Assembly: GCA_904063045.1 (NCBI GenBank)
Contig: CAJFCJ010000021.1
Span: 248,001 to 312,000, forward strand
Source: Dimorphilus gyrociliatus
Taxonomy: Eukaryota; Animalia; Annelida
Direction of reading: 5' to 3'
DNA length: 64,000 nucleotides
The notes under the pieces are model-generated. The model made no database searches. It was not told where the DNA came from and saw nothing but the letters and a program-made list of their open reading frames with translations. The translations under genes and the position numbers were made by a program. This document shows, one piece after another, positions 39,701 to 52,400 of this stretch; the stretch's first letter is position 1; every line of letters begins with the position of its first letter.

Positions 39701-42700
39701 AGAGCGTTTAATTTTATTAAAAGGATAATATATAATTAAATATAAATTGTACTTCGAAAAGCTTTAGTATCTTTTTTTCTATTAAACAAATGGTTTGTAT
39801 ACTCGAATAGTACAAAGATATACACGTTATTGCTACTCTATCCATCTAAATTTTGTGACCGCTTATGTAAACCGATTGAGTGAGAGAGATAAGATAACTG
39901 GTTTAATGGATAAGATAATGAATGAGCCATAAATAAGTAGCATATTTCTCTAAAGCTGATTTCTATTTCCATAATCGGGAAAATAGATAAACTAGAACAA
40001 ATTGATGCCATTCGAAATTAACTGTGAAGCGTAACATTGCTTTGGAAATAAAACAATCGGACTATGGGTCTTTTAACGAAATTACAACCTCCTCAATCTA
40101 AATATGAACTAAGTACACTAATAATTTGTAGATTGGCTCCTTCTCAGCTCTCTTTTGGGTGTATCCTTACTTTTATTGGTTGGGCTTATATTTGCAATAC
40201 GCCACTATCGATACGAACAAGCCTTAGGCAAACTTATGTGGAAAATACATCAAAAAGATTTGATTTTCCTAGATTCTAACGGAACTCCAATATCAAAAGA
40301 TTCTAGGAAACAGTCGAAAATGTCATATACAAATGATGATTGTCTATTAGACGCTACTGAAGAGGAAGAAGAAAGCGTAGAAGATTTCACAAAACTTTTA
40401 AATGACACTAACCAAAATATCAAAGGCGATTCAAAAAAGTTCTTTTGCAAAGTAGCAAGTTACAGGAGTCACATTGTGGCTATTAAAGAAATTTACGCTT
40501 ACAAAGATCTAGAGATAACGAGAAATTTCAAAAAGAGAATGCACGAGCTCAAACACCTTCAAGATGATAATCTTAACAGATTTATTGGTGTTTGTTTGGA
40601 TATACCTCGCAAAGTTCTTCTGGTGAGCGCCTATAGCCAAAGGGGATCACTAAGAAACGTTTTGGATGATAGCGATATCAACTTCGACGACTTATTTAAA
40701 TGTAATTTAGTATCCGATTTGATAAAGGTAAGCTCTATTTTAAATACCAAGCTAAATATAGTAAACAATAACAAATAGCATAGGGAGAAATACTAATTTC
40801 TCTATTCTTTCCAATACACTTCGCCCTTAATCAGAGACAAACTTAATCAAATTAACCTAATTAAAATCGAGTGTAGACCTAATTGGAAATAACCTCCTAA
40901 TTATATGCCACTAGAGTTCTTATACATTACAAATTGTACAGCTTGTTATACTCTACGTACTATTCAAATTTGATATACGGCTAATATTCAGTATTTAGGT
41001 TATTAAAACTTTTTTATAGTTAATACAGTACACTATATATCATTTTTGACACTTAGAGTCTCACACGCACATTTGTAACGTTAGAATTGTAGATGAGAAT
41101 TTCATTTTATCTTATTTATACTATTGTTTTATCAATGCTCTGCGGATCATAAATAAGCTGTAACTCAGTTTAATTGATATTATTTAAATGCATTATTCTC
41201 TTTATTGTTTTTAAATTAGTACAGTATAATATGTTGAATAAGTAGAAAAATCTACAATCCCCATCCTCCACCCCCCGTGCCCCCTCCCCTCACCTTTTTC
41301 CTCCCCTATCACGCCCCATTATCCTCTTACATAATAATGGATTTAATATATATTATAATAATAATGAAAATAATTAATGATGGAGTTTTTGTTTTGTATA
41401 TTTTTAATTTTCCCTTTTCTATATACGTAGGGTATGATCTATCTACATGACAGCGAAATTGGAGCTCATGGTAATCTAAAATCGACGAATTGTTTAATCG
41501 ATTCCAGATGGATTCTGAGAATAACTGACTTTTCCCTTGATTCGTTTAAAAGTTCACATCAGCCAAGAACATCATCAGCCTCACGAGATTATTCTTTCTT
41601 AGATCAGTTAAGTGAAGAAGATGCCGTCAAACTATTCTGGACTCCACCAGAAGTTTTATCTTGTCCCACTTTAAGGAATTCTCAAAAAGTAGATTCTTAC
41701 GCCTTTGGTATAATTCTACACGAAATTCATAGCAAATTATGGCCATTTGAAAGTTACAATTTACATAGTCAGGAGATCATTAGACAAATAATGGAAAACA
41801 ATTTGAAGCCAGATTTGACTTTTTACGATGATAAACCTTTACCTAATTGTGTTAAACTGTGTATGGAAGATTGTTGGTCAGATATATCGTACGAAAGGCC
41901 AGACTTTAAAACAATTTACAACAAGCTAAAGCCATTAAGAAAAGGATTAAAGTCGAATTTTTATGATAATATGATATCTTTAATGGAAAATCATGCAAAT
42001 AATTTAGAAAATATCGTTGCCTGTAGAACCAGAGAACTGACTGAAGAGAAAAAGAGGAGTGAAGCGTTACTCTTACGAATGCTGCCAAGGAGCGTTGCCG
42101 AACAATTAAAAAGAACTAACGAAGTTCTACCTGAACAATATTCCTGCGTTACTATATTCTTTTCAGATATAGTAGGCTTTACCAGAATGGCATCTAGACA
42201 TACTCCAATGGAAATAGTTCATATTTTAAACGATTTATACTCTTCATTTGATTCAGTTATCGGTGAATTCGACGTCTATAAGGTGGAAACGATAGGAGAT
42301 GCGGTGAGTATCTTCGTACTAGTTATTTTCCTCAATTATAGAAAAAAAATATGAAGTGAGAGAAAGCTAATAGTAAAATTAAAGAAAGAGATGAAACGAA
42401 TCCAATGGTTATTTCAGTAGCAAATAACAGTTTCGGTCGTGTTTTAGATTAAAGACAAATTATTTAAAATCTACTGATCTTAACCGTTTAACCACAGTCA
42501 ATGCTACTTGTCTAACAGGCCTAAAACCACTGTGTTAAACACGTTCTATTTACGTACACACATCCTTATATCTCAAATATAAATGATATACAAAGATTAT
42601 TCATATTTTAGGTACACTGTATTAAATTATCGTTATTATTACTATTATCATTATTAAAATTAATTGTTTTTTATTAATAGTAATAAATATAAAATGGTCT

Positions 42701-44049
42701 GTACGGACAAATTTTACTGTAAGCAATGATAACTGATGGTTTGATATATTATACACCTAGATATTAAATAGTATGATATCATATTTGGCTTATATAATCA
42801 AAAGATAACGTATAAAGTAATTTACGTTTTATGGGAGTATTGCTTGATAATTCTTTTGATGGAAATATTTCGTAAATTTAGAGTAATTTTTTTATAGTGC
42901 AGTATAATGTATACTTTACGTCTATATTATCAGCTAATTTGTATTACCTATTCTCCCAATTTTTTTCCACCCATCCTCCTTTTTATATGCTTCTTTTTTT
43001 TATTATTATAGTATATGGTAGTCTCTGGCCTACCTGAAAGGAATGGTGATAATCATGCTGCTGAAATAGCTTCGATGGCTTTAAAATTACTGCAAGCTTT
43101 CAATTCGTGCTCTCTACATGAACGAAAGAATTGGGATGAAATTCTTCAATTGAGAATTGGTATTCATTCCGGACCAGCTGCGGCTGGTGTTGTTGGACAT
43201 AGAATGCCTAGATATTGTCTATTTGGTGATACAGTGAATGTCGCCTCGAGAATGGAATCTAATGGATTGCGTAAGCTCTTTTCATATTAAATTTCCGTTT
43301 TGTTTTAGTTTTTAAAAAATTGTATCTTCCTTCTATCCCCCCATCTTTCCTGCTATTGATATGATTTGAATTACGTAAAGAAGACATTGAGACAACAACG
43401 AATTGATTTAAACATCATTCGTAATTAATTATGACTCTCTACTGTAAAAAAAAAACCCTATTATTATTTATGATCACATTAGTATATTGAAATTGTCAGA
43501 ATTTCCAAAATTCTATCTTTCTTATAAATCTATTTTTATAATCAGATAAATAGATTAATCTTTTTAACAGCTATGAAAATTCATATGAGTGAAGATTGCT
43601 CAACGTTACTAGATAAACTTGGTGGTTATGAGATTACCAAAAGGGGTCCAATCAGTATAAAAGGTAAAGGTGAGATGACAACGTACTTTTTGGAAGGAGA
43701 AATGGAATGGAGAAAAAAGATGAAATCGAAGAGAAATGTTCGTCGACTTTCATCTACCTCCGTCCTCAACAATATTCCAGATAAACAACTACTAGCGCCT
43801 TCTCCAGGTTCAAATAAGCGAAAAAGGCCGCAATCTTGTAGAAGATTCTTGTCTGATTCGGAAGAGAGAAGAAAATTGGAAAATATTGATCTAAATTCCA
43901 AGTTTGACTTAAAGAAAAACAATGATACAATGGTAACAAATGGTGTAAATGGAGACTACGACAATTTTATAGATGTAAAACCTATAACCACTTCAACTAG
44001 TTTCTCAAATCCTTTGTCAAGCAATGAAAATGAAAAATATCCTGTTTGA
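36732..44049 (+). CDS. Single-pass receptor guanylyl cyclase (natriuretic-peptide-receptor-like architecture), ~1184 aa
   Basis: Exons 36732-37836, 37959-38101, 38188-38287, 40132-40727, 41431-42303, 43012-43270, 43571-44049 (3555 nt). Signal peptide, ANF-receptor-type ectodomain, juxtamembrane [10 protein letters not shown] helix, pseudokinase ([12 protein letters not shown]), coiled coil, cyclase with GTP-specific KVETIGDA|YMVVSGLP and [19 protein letters not shown]. Confidence 0.93.
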
Positions 44050-44418
44050 AAGAAAAAGAACAAAACTATATAGACAAATTAATTTTTTTTTTATCTCAGG
44101 TGCTAATTGCTAGTTTTTATTTTATATCCCCCTATTGGTCAGATTGTAAACTGAGAATGAATACTTGATAATGAACTTGGTGATGATGAAAAAAACGAAT
44201 TGATGAAATTATCCATGTTAAGCCTACATATTGTATATATACATAATGTATTCAATGTTAGATTTACTTAATGAATATATGTTAAATTGATAAATAAATG
44301 CACAATACATACGTATATTTACTAATGTATATACTGTACTTGTATTAATACAGATTTTATTGAGAATTTAACTACAAGTATATGTATTTTTTATTAGATA
44401 AAATGATTTATTTATTAA

Positions 44419-45567
44419 TTAATTTCCAAACCAAATATCTTGCAAATTATTTATACCTAACTCTACTAATTTGATTAATTGCTGCTCGCAATATTTATTA
44501 TTTTTCATCATAGTGGCGTATTCATTTTCTGGATCATTAGTCTTCATCCACCAGCCGGCAGATATACTTTGTAAATATCTTCCTAAAATACACAACGGTA
44601 ACACTTTCTTTTCAATATCCTTTAACTTTCGAATTTTCTCGTATCCTTCCAAAGCTCTCTTTCCAATTTGAAGCCAATCTTCTAATTTATCCCTTTTGCA
44701 TTCAATTGTTAGGTAAAATATACAAATCGCCAAGTCGTAGATGTATGGGGCACTTTGAGCGTCCCCGAAATCGAATATACCTGTTACAGTTTCGTTTTCT
44801 ATCAGAATGTTTTGGTCATTAAAATCGGCGTGAATTGGTCCCTTAGGCAATTTATCCTGAACTGTGTATACTTGTTTAATAAACTCATTTTTTATCATTC
44901 CAAGAATAGCTTTTATTTTCTCGTCTCTAACAGCCTCAATGAATATATCGTATTTTCTAATGAAAGATAGACTCCAAGCTCTTTCGTAACTTTCTAAACC
45001 TTCATGATTAATATTACGTAATATATTTTGTATAGTAGCTAAATAAGTTCCGCAGTTATTGGCCAAATTATCGGTAAAAGAAACATCCTTTAGTAAAGTT
45101 CCTGGGAGAAAAGTGAGTAGGCGAACCAAATGTTTCTTGGAGTTTATAGTTTCTATACTCCATAACTTTCCCGTTACCTGGGGAATCGGTTTCGGTGCAC
45201 TTATTCCATGTTTTTCCAGCTCATGCATCATAATATGTTCGCCTTCTAATTTAATAAGTAAAAGTTAATATAAGTATGCACATATTTTTAATACAGAATG
45301 CGTTGGAATTGCAAATACAGTCGACCTACCGATATGATCAGATAATTCGGAATCAACAGTATTCAAAATCTTAAAAATATAACCGTCTCGTGAAGTTTTG
45401 CCATTTCTAGCAGATGTCTCTTTTCTCTCAACGAAAACCTTAAAATTGCAATCGCATTGACTATCTAAATTTTGAATTGATAACAATGCGAGGTCGTACA
45501 AACTTTCCAATAGGTTTTTAACAACATTATGATCAACAATTGGTTTTGCTGATTGAATATTCTCCAT
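44419..45567 (-). CDS. HYKK: Hydroxylysine kinase-like (APH/choline-kinase fold), downstream tandem copy, ~354 aa
   Basis: Exons 45567-45330 and 45245-44419 with an 84-nt phase-1 intron. Motifs LDSQCDCNFKV, YIFKILN, HADFNDQNIL, GIFDFGD, YDLAICI. Confidence 0.85.
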
Positions 45568-46084
45568 TTGAATATTCTTGTGGCTAGCAATTGATATTCG
45601 AATAAGATAAATACTGTATATCTATTTGATAAGTTTTTTCAATATCAATCCTCTTTTACGTGCAAATGGACCTTTGAACGGATGAATTTTCAATGTTACT
45701 AACAAGACGATTGGCTTAAAATCAATATTAGTGATGCTATAAGAAAGAAGATATACAATTATAATTATATTTGCATTATAAAACAGATTTTAGGACATTG
45801 TGTAATATCCTATTGTCTATGCTATATATTTAATTAAGCCTAATGGGGTTAATAATTCTAATTTATAATCTTTTAGAGTTATATAATTCTAAACTTAAGA
45901 TACAAATATATATAAAGTATACAGTATAATATTCTGTACTATTCTTCGGCTAATTGCCAAATTGAAAACGCATCATAATTAATAGTCACGTGTTATTAAG
46001 ATTATTTAGATGTTTTAGCAATAGTGAAATGTTTAATCCAAATATTGGCAATTTAATTTGTTATTAGTTCTTATTTAATAGCGA

Positions 46085-47204
46085 TTACTCAAACCAAAGC
46101 TTTTCTGTAGCGTCAATTCCCAGCTCCAAAATATCCTTTAGTTTGGGTATTGCTTCACGATGTGTTATTGTAAAAGTATAAGAGTCAAGTCTATTAGTTT
46201 TTAACAATCTCCAGTATTCAGCAAAACTTTGAAAGAATCTCGCCAACACACAATAAGATAAGACTTTCTTTTCTAATTCCTCAAGCCTACGATTTGATTG
46301 ATAACCGTTAATGACATGTTTACCAAATTTTAGCCAATCTTTGATTTCATTTCTTTTACTACCTATCATTACATAAAACATACATATGGCTAAATCGTAA
46401 ACTAAACGCTCCCTCGCACACTCTCCAAAATCAAAAACGCCCACTATTTCATCATTCTTGCAAATTATATTGTGATCATTGAAATCTCCATGTGTTACTC
46501 CATGTGGCAACATGTCTTCAATGGATTTAACCTTTTCCATAAAAATATCATGTATAAATCTTAACATCTTTTTCTCTTCCAAATCATCAACGAAATCGAG
46601 ATAAGATCTCATTTTTTCTAAATTAGAAAGGGACCATGGCCTGCCAGCAGTTTCTATACCTTTATTCTTCAGGTCAACCAATAATAGGTGAAAGTGAGAC
46701 AGAGTAGCACCACAACTGTATGCCAACTTTTCAGTACAAACAGAACTTTCCATCAGATCTCCAACAAGATAAGTAAGTAAGTAAACTGCATGAATGTTTC
46801 CATTTATGTTTTTCAAACAATAGTAAGAACCAGTTTTCTGTGTGATTGGTTCCGGAACATTCATTCCATGCTTTAGCAATTCAATCATCACTTGATGTCC
46901 ACCATCTAAATATATATTATTAGTAATTATAAATATATGATTACCATTGAATTAAATATTACTCACCAATGTGATCCAGGTTCAAAGAATTTAATGTATT
47001 CATTACTTTCAGGACATATCCACTTTCTTTGAAATAACTTAAATGGCTCTCTTTGGTAAGTTTCCCATTAGAAACACGAAAGTTACAGTCGTCAAAACTG
47101 CTTAAAGGATCGAGCTTGGCTTCAACAATTCCATACAACTCTTGCAGTAATTCACCAGCCTCCTCGTCTGACAGTGTAGGCTTCGCTTCTTCACCTTTAA
47201 ACAT
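46085..47204 (-). CDS. HYKK: Hydroxylysine kinase-like (APH/choline-kinase fold), upstream tandem copy, ~352 aa
   Basis: Exons 47204-46967 and 46905-46085 with a 61-nt phase-1 intron. Motifs LSSFDDCNFRV, YVLKVMN, HGDFNDHNII, GVFDFGE, YDLAICM. Confidence 0.85.
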
Positions 47205-47582
47205 CCTGAAAGTATGAAATAAAGGTCGCTTTTAGTTTACAAGTAGTTTTTCAAGCCAAATGGAAGAATTTTGGCCAATATGAATATTGCGGCAGTAAAG
47301 AGAGGTATACAACACAAGCGAATACTCCATCTATCATATGGGTCCTTCGTAAAAAAATGCCTATTGATAATTCAATACTAAATAATGCTTACTTATTTTG
47401 TGAATATTAGTCTTTCTTTATTTTTTTTGTACAACGAAAGATAAAACTACAGGTTTTCTCCCTGACAAGAAAAAATGCCAGTAAACAACGACAAATTTTT
47501 TCCTAAAGTGTTTCCTGTTTTTTGTTAAACATACAAACACTAGTTTTAAACATCAACTTTAGCTTTTACACAGTTGTGTTAT

Positions 47583-48465
47583 TTAATGACGAGAACATTT
47601 AACCACAAATTGGTCATAATCAATATTGAAATCATTATGATGTTCTTTAATACAAGGCCAATGGAAGACGTTTTTACAGAAACGTTCAACACAGGGAACG
47701 GAAGCTACTGTTCGATTGCAAATTGAGCACGATCTATTTTCCTCAATTACATCCTCTAAGCCAACTAACTTCCCGTTGTCTAGGAGAAAGACACCGGTAG
47801 CCCATACGATGCATTCGTCATGAAACCAAATTTCTTTGTCTTTAACACGATAAGGTCCGTACAAGACATCTTGGTACTGAGCAATCTCCTCAAGTATTCT
47901 ATTTTGGCAAAAAGTGCACGCATAAGGAGTCATATTATCGTATTCTTTCAAAGGTCTTTCAATCTTGATGTCTGAGGTTTTTTGGCAAATTTCTAACGAG
48001 AGAGGATTCTTAATTGAACCATTTATCCGGACTGTTGGAACAGGTTTCTTTTGAGGCCTCTTTTTCAAACGTTCTACAACAGCTCTTGCTTCAACTTCTT
48101 CCGGTAATAAATATGAGGATTTCCGCTTTCTGGGTTTCTTCCGTTGTCGCTTTTTAGTAACTTGGGGTTTTGCAGGTGGATCTTCATCTTTTACTTTTTC
48201 TGCCTGTATTTTACTAGGCAAATCTTCCTGTTTTAAAGATTTCGTCTCTTCTTCACCGTCTTGATTTGATTCTTCTTCCATATTTTTTAATCTCTTCGAC
48301 AGTTTCTTTTTATAGTTCATAGCCAACTCAATTGATGACATTTCCGATATATTTTTACCACCGTTCAATTCCCCATTTTCTAATAGAAATAAATATTTAA
48401 TTAGTTAAAATATTATTGTTATTATTTATTTCGTAATCGATAATTAAGAACATACCATCGGCCAT
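47583..48465 (-). CDS. Short extended-PHD (zf-HC5HC2H) protein of TCF20/RAI1 type, ~268 aa
   Basis: Exons 48465-48456 (ATG GCC GAT G|gtatgt) and 48379-47583; 5'UTR acceptor at 48521. The C-terminal ePHD reads CTFC...LYGPY...WFHDECIVWATGVFL...GLEDVI...CSIC...ASVPC...C...FHWPC. There is a basic NLS-like stretch KKRQRKKPRKRK. Confidence 0.8.
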
Positions 48466-49079
48466 TGTGAAAGAGTTCTGCTTTAATGATTTGGCTGTTT
48501 TAGAAAATACGACAGGAATTCTGCAAAATCTAAATAAAAATATGAATTAAAAAAGTTTATATTAATCTATAAATAGAAATATATTAATGATTAAAATTAT
48601 TAAATATTCGAATAAAATATATCAAGTTAACGTTCTATAACGAATAATATTCGAAACTGTACTATTAGTATATCATGAAAATTTTTGTCACTAAGATTTA
48701 TCTAGTTTAACCTATAAATAAATAAGCCATTTCCGTTTACGGAATGTAATTTGAAGGTAAAGGTTAATTTTCTTTTAAATTATGCTAATATTTTTGTATT
48801 TATTAGTAATATTCTTTGGTTCCTTTATTATTTATGCATATTCTAATTCACGTGCAGACGATCCATATTTAGTTTAATATATTTTTTCCTTGATTAGACA
48901 TTTATTCCAAAAATATTCTTTACAGCCTGACCTTTTAAAGCAACTATTTTATTATAAAATAAACAGCTATTTTTTTTATCTATATATTTATATTTATTTA
49001 ATTATATTTACGCATTGATTTATGCAATTTGGAATACATACATTTTTACAGGCCTATTCAAAGCAACTTGACGTGATTC

Positions 49080-49483
49080 AATACCTACATTTCCAAAAGA
49101 TTTTTCTTCTTCCGAAATACTGCGACAATTTCTCTGGAATATATTTTTGAAATTTGATTACTTAATAATTCATTATAAAATTTAAGTGCAGTCGACGATG
49201 TGACCAGTTTGGTCGCGAAAAACGGATAGCGAGATGAATTCAGCCTATGATTAATAGGGCACCAGTTCACCGTCAATAATCATCGATTTTTTTGAAAATG
49301 GAGTAGTATTCCGACAATATTTTCTTTATAAATACCCGTGTTGTTTTTTACGAAACTACTATGGAATGTTTTGCCAAGTTTTTGTCATGGTCGATTTCAA
49401 TGAATTAAGTAATAACTCACAACCTTCTTACATTCTTCAAACGCAGTATATTTGATAAAATAGCACTAAATAGATAATTAACC
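49080..49483. promoter_or_regulatory. Head-to-head promoter region between the ePHD gene and ERCC6
   Basis: Divergent genes with a locally CpG-richer segment and an E2F-like CGCGAAAA at 49214-49221. The TSS positions are inferred. Confidence 0.5.
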
Positions 49484-52400
49484 ATGGAGGAAACTGAGAA
49501 TCAACCACAGAAAGAGACAAAGTCTATAAACTTTAGTGTAAATCCCAGTTTAATAAGAGCAATTCCAAAGGATGAGAGAAATGAAGAATTGAATGACCTG
49601 GAACTTGAAGTATACGATCAACAGCAATTTGAAGAGGGAGTTCTGGAACAAATTGACGATGCTATGCAAAGAGTTGAAGAACAACAGATCCAGGAAGAAA
49701 TCCAACAAACTCGGGATAAACTAGAGTAAATTTCAAACAAATCTTGCGTAATAGTCCTAATTACTTATTATTTAATCGTGTAGAGCTGCCGAGCAGGATA
49801 TTGAAGTGGCTAAGAAGAAGCATGATAATAAATTACTTGATGAAACAGTATGAATTCTATTTTCATTATTTTTAAGACTTAACGAGCTTTTTCTATAAAC
49901 AACAGAAAACGTCTTGCAATAAACTTGGACAAAAACTGAAATTCTTGAACCAAAAACTTAACGCCGTTAAGGAACCTGAACAGAAGTCATCTCAAGACAT
50001 ATCTTTGCAAAAAGTTCTAGGTATGGGCGGCATTAAGGAGACTGACTTTGAAAGAAGAGTACGACTTGGAGAAATTACCCCTTTTGGTACATCCGTATTG
50101 GATTCAACAAAGATACTAAAAAAGGACAGTCCTGGATCATCCAACAGCTTACATAGCTACTTTCAGGACCAATTAAAGAAGGCCAGAACTAAAGGAAAAC
50201 AGACAGTGTCTCCTGCAAAAAAAGCCCTAGATAAAAGTGTTAAAAACGTTAAAGAGTGGACGGCATCCAAAAACAGAACTCCTGAAACAATTTCAGATAA
50301 AATTAATAAAAAGTTGAAGAAAGATGTAAAAAATTTAAAAAAATTAAAAATGAAACGAAAGAGTCAAATTGCTGGCTCAAAGATTGATTACGCAGGCCAT
50401 AGTAAACATATTAGAATTAAAAATAATACAGGATACTCTGATGAAGAATTTATTGCTCCAAGTGATGAGTCCCCAGATAACGATGATGATGCATGGAGCT
50501 CATTAAAAAGTATGTTGAAGCTCCTCTTAGTATACAAACAAGTGTGCAAAGTGTATTTTGAAAATAACTCAAAACAAAGATTATTTCATATAATAAAAAC
50601 AATTACACATTTCAAAACTCTCTAGTTTCTATTATTTATAAAAAAAAATTGAACGTATTCTTCTCATTCGACAAGACAGATATATCTAATCCATATTTTA
50701 CAACAAGCTTAGGACAGCTTTACAATTCTTCCTTCAAAATAAAACTTATACTTTTTTCTAGAAAAAAGGAAAATTAAAAAGGCCCGATGCCGCTCAGGAG
50801 GAATTTATAGTAATCATTCAAGAGTACCTCCAAAACGTTCTAAATACCTTATAAATGGCGAATTGAATTTGGCCATAGATGACGGCGATGAATACTATTT
50901 TCAGGAAAGACTCAAGTAAATATTTTCACCTTGAATCTTTGACAATAAGAAATTTTTAATGCTATTTTCTTATGTTAAATTTCTCAGAGATTGCGAAGCG
51001 AAGGAAACACAAGAACAGAATGAATTAAATGATGAAACAGAAGAAGATGACATAAAATTCTCTGGCGGATATAAAATCTGCAGAAAGCTATGGAATAAAT
51101 TATACGAGTAAAATGACTAAAACCGAACAATAACAACGTAACTTTAATAGCACTTTGTCTAATATAGTTATCAAAAGACTTGTGTAAAGTGGTTATGGGA
51201 ACTTCACGTTCAGCAAACCGGAGGTATAATAGCAGACGAGATGGGTTTAGGAAAAACGATCCAAATAATATCTTTTCTAGCTGGTCTTGATTATACAAAT
51301 GCTAAAAATTCCAATGGAATAGCCAGGTTATTACTGTGAAAATTTCTATGATATTTACTAAAAATTTTAACTTCATTTAATAGATTTCAAGGTTTAGGCC
51401 CATCCATTATTGTTTGTCCAGCAACTGTTCTACATCAATGGGTTAAGGAAGTACATATATGGTGGCCTAAATTTCGAGTAGCTATTTTACATTCATCTGG
51501 AAGCTATTCTACAACAGAGGTTTATTAAACTAAATTATTGAATATCTTTAAAAGAAAGAGTATATATTCAAATAATTTTAGGCTGCTCTTGTTCGTAAAA
51601 TTGTATCCTGTCAAGGATTAATAGTCACTTCTTATCAATCTCTCCTAATCTATCAAGAAATCTTACAACAACATCACTGGCATTATATTGTTCTTGATGA
51701 GGGCCATAAAATAAGAAACCCTGATGCTCAAATAACAATCATATGCAAACAGTTTAAAACTCCTCATCGAATTATTCTGTCAGGATCTCCCGTACAAAAC
51801 AACTTAAAAGAATTATGGAGTTTGTTCGATTTTATATTTCCTGGAAAATTAGGAACACTTCCGGACTTTATGTCGACCTTTAACGTTCCAATTGCTCAAG
51901 GAGGTTATTCAACCGCTAATGAATTTGAAGTTGAAGCAGCTTATAGATGTGCTTGTATTTTAAGAGATACTATTAGTCCTTATATGTTAAGAAGAATGAA
52001 ATCAGACGTCAATCGATCAATCAAGCTACCGCAAAAAAATGAACAAGTACTTTTTTGTAGATTATCTCCCTATCAAAGAGATATCTACAAAGAATATCTT
52101 GAGTCTAAAGAATGTCAAATGATTATGAAAGGAGAATTTATGCCGTTCCCTGGTCTTATTACCCTTAGAAAAATTTGCAATCATCCTGACATATCAACTG
52201 GAGGATTAAATCCACAAACTCATCCAAAAGAAGCTGAAGAAAACCCTACCGCTTTATCTTATGGATACTATAAACGATCTGGCAAAATGATAGTCTTGCA
52301 ATCTTTACTAAAGCTTTGGTACAAGCAGGAACATAGAGTTTTATTATTTTCTCAAAGCAGGCAAATGCTGAACATTCTGGAGAAATATGTTAAAGATAAA

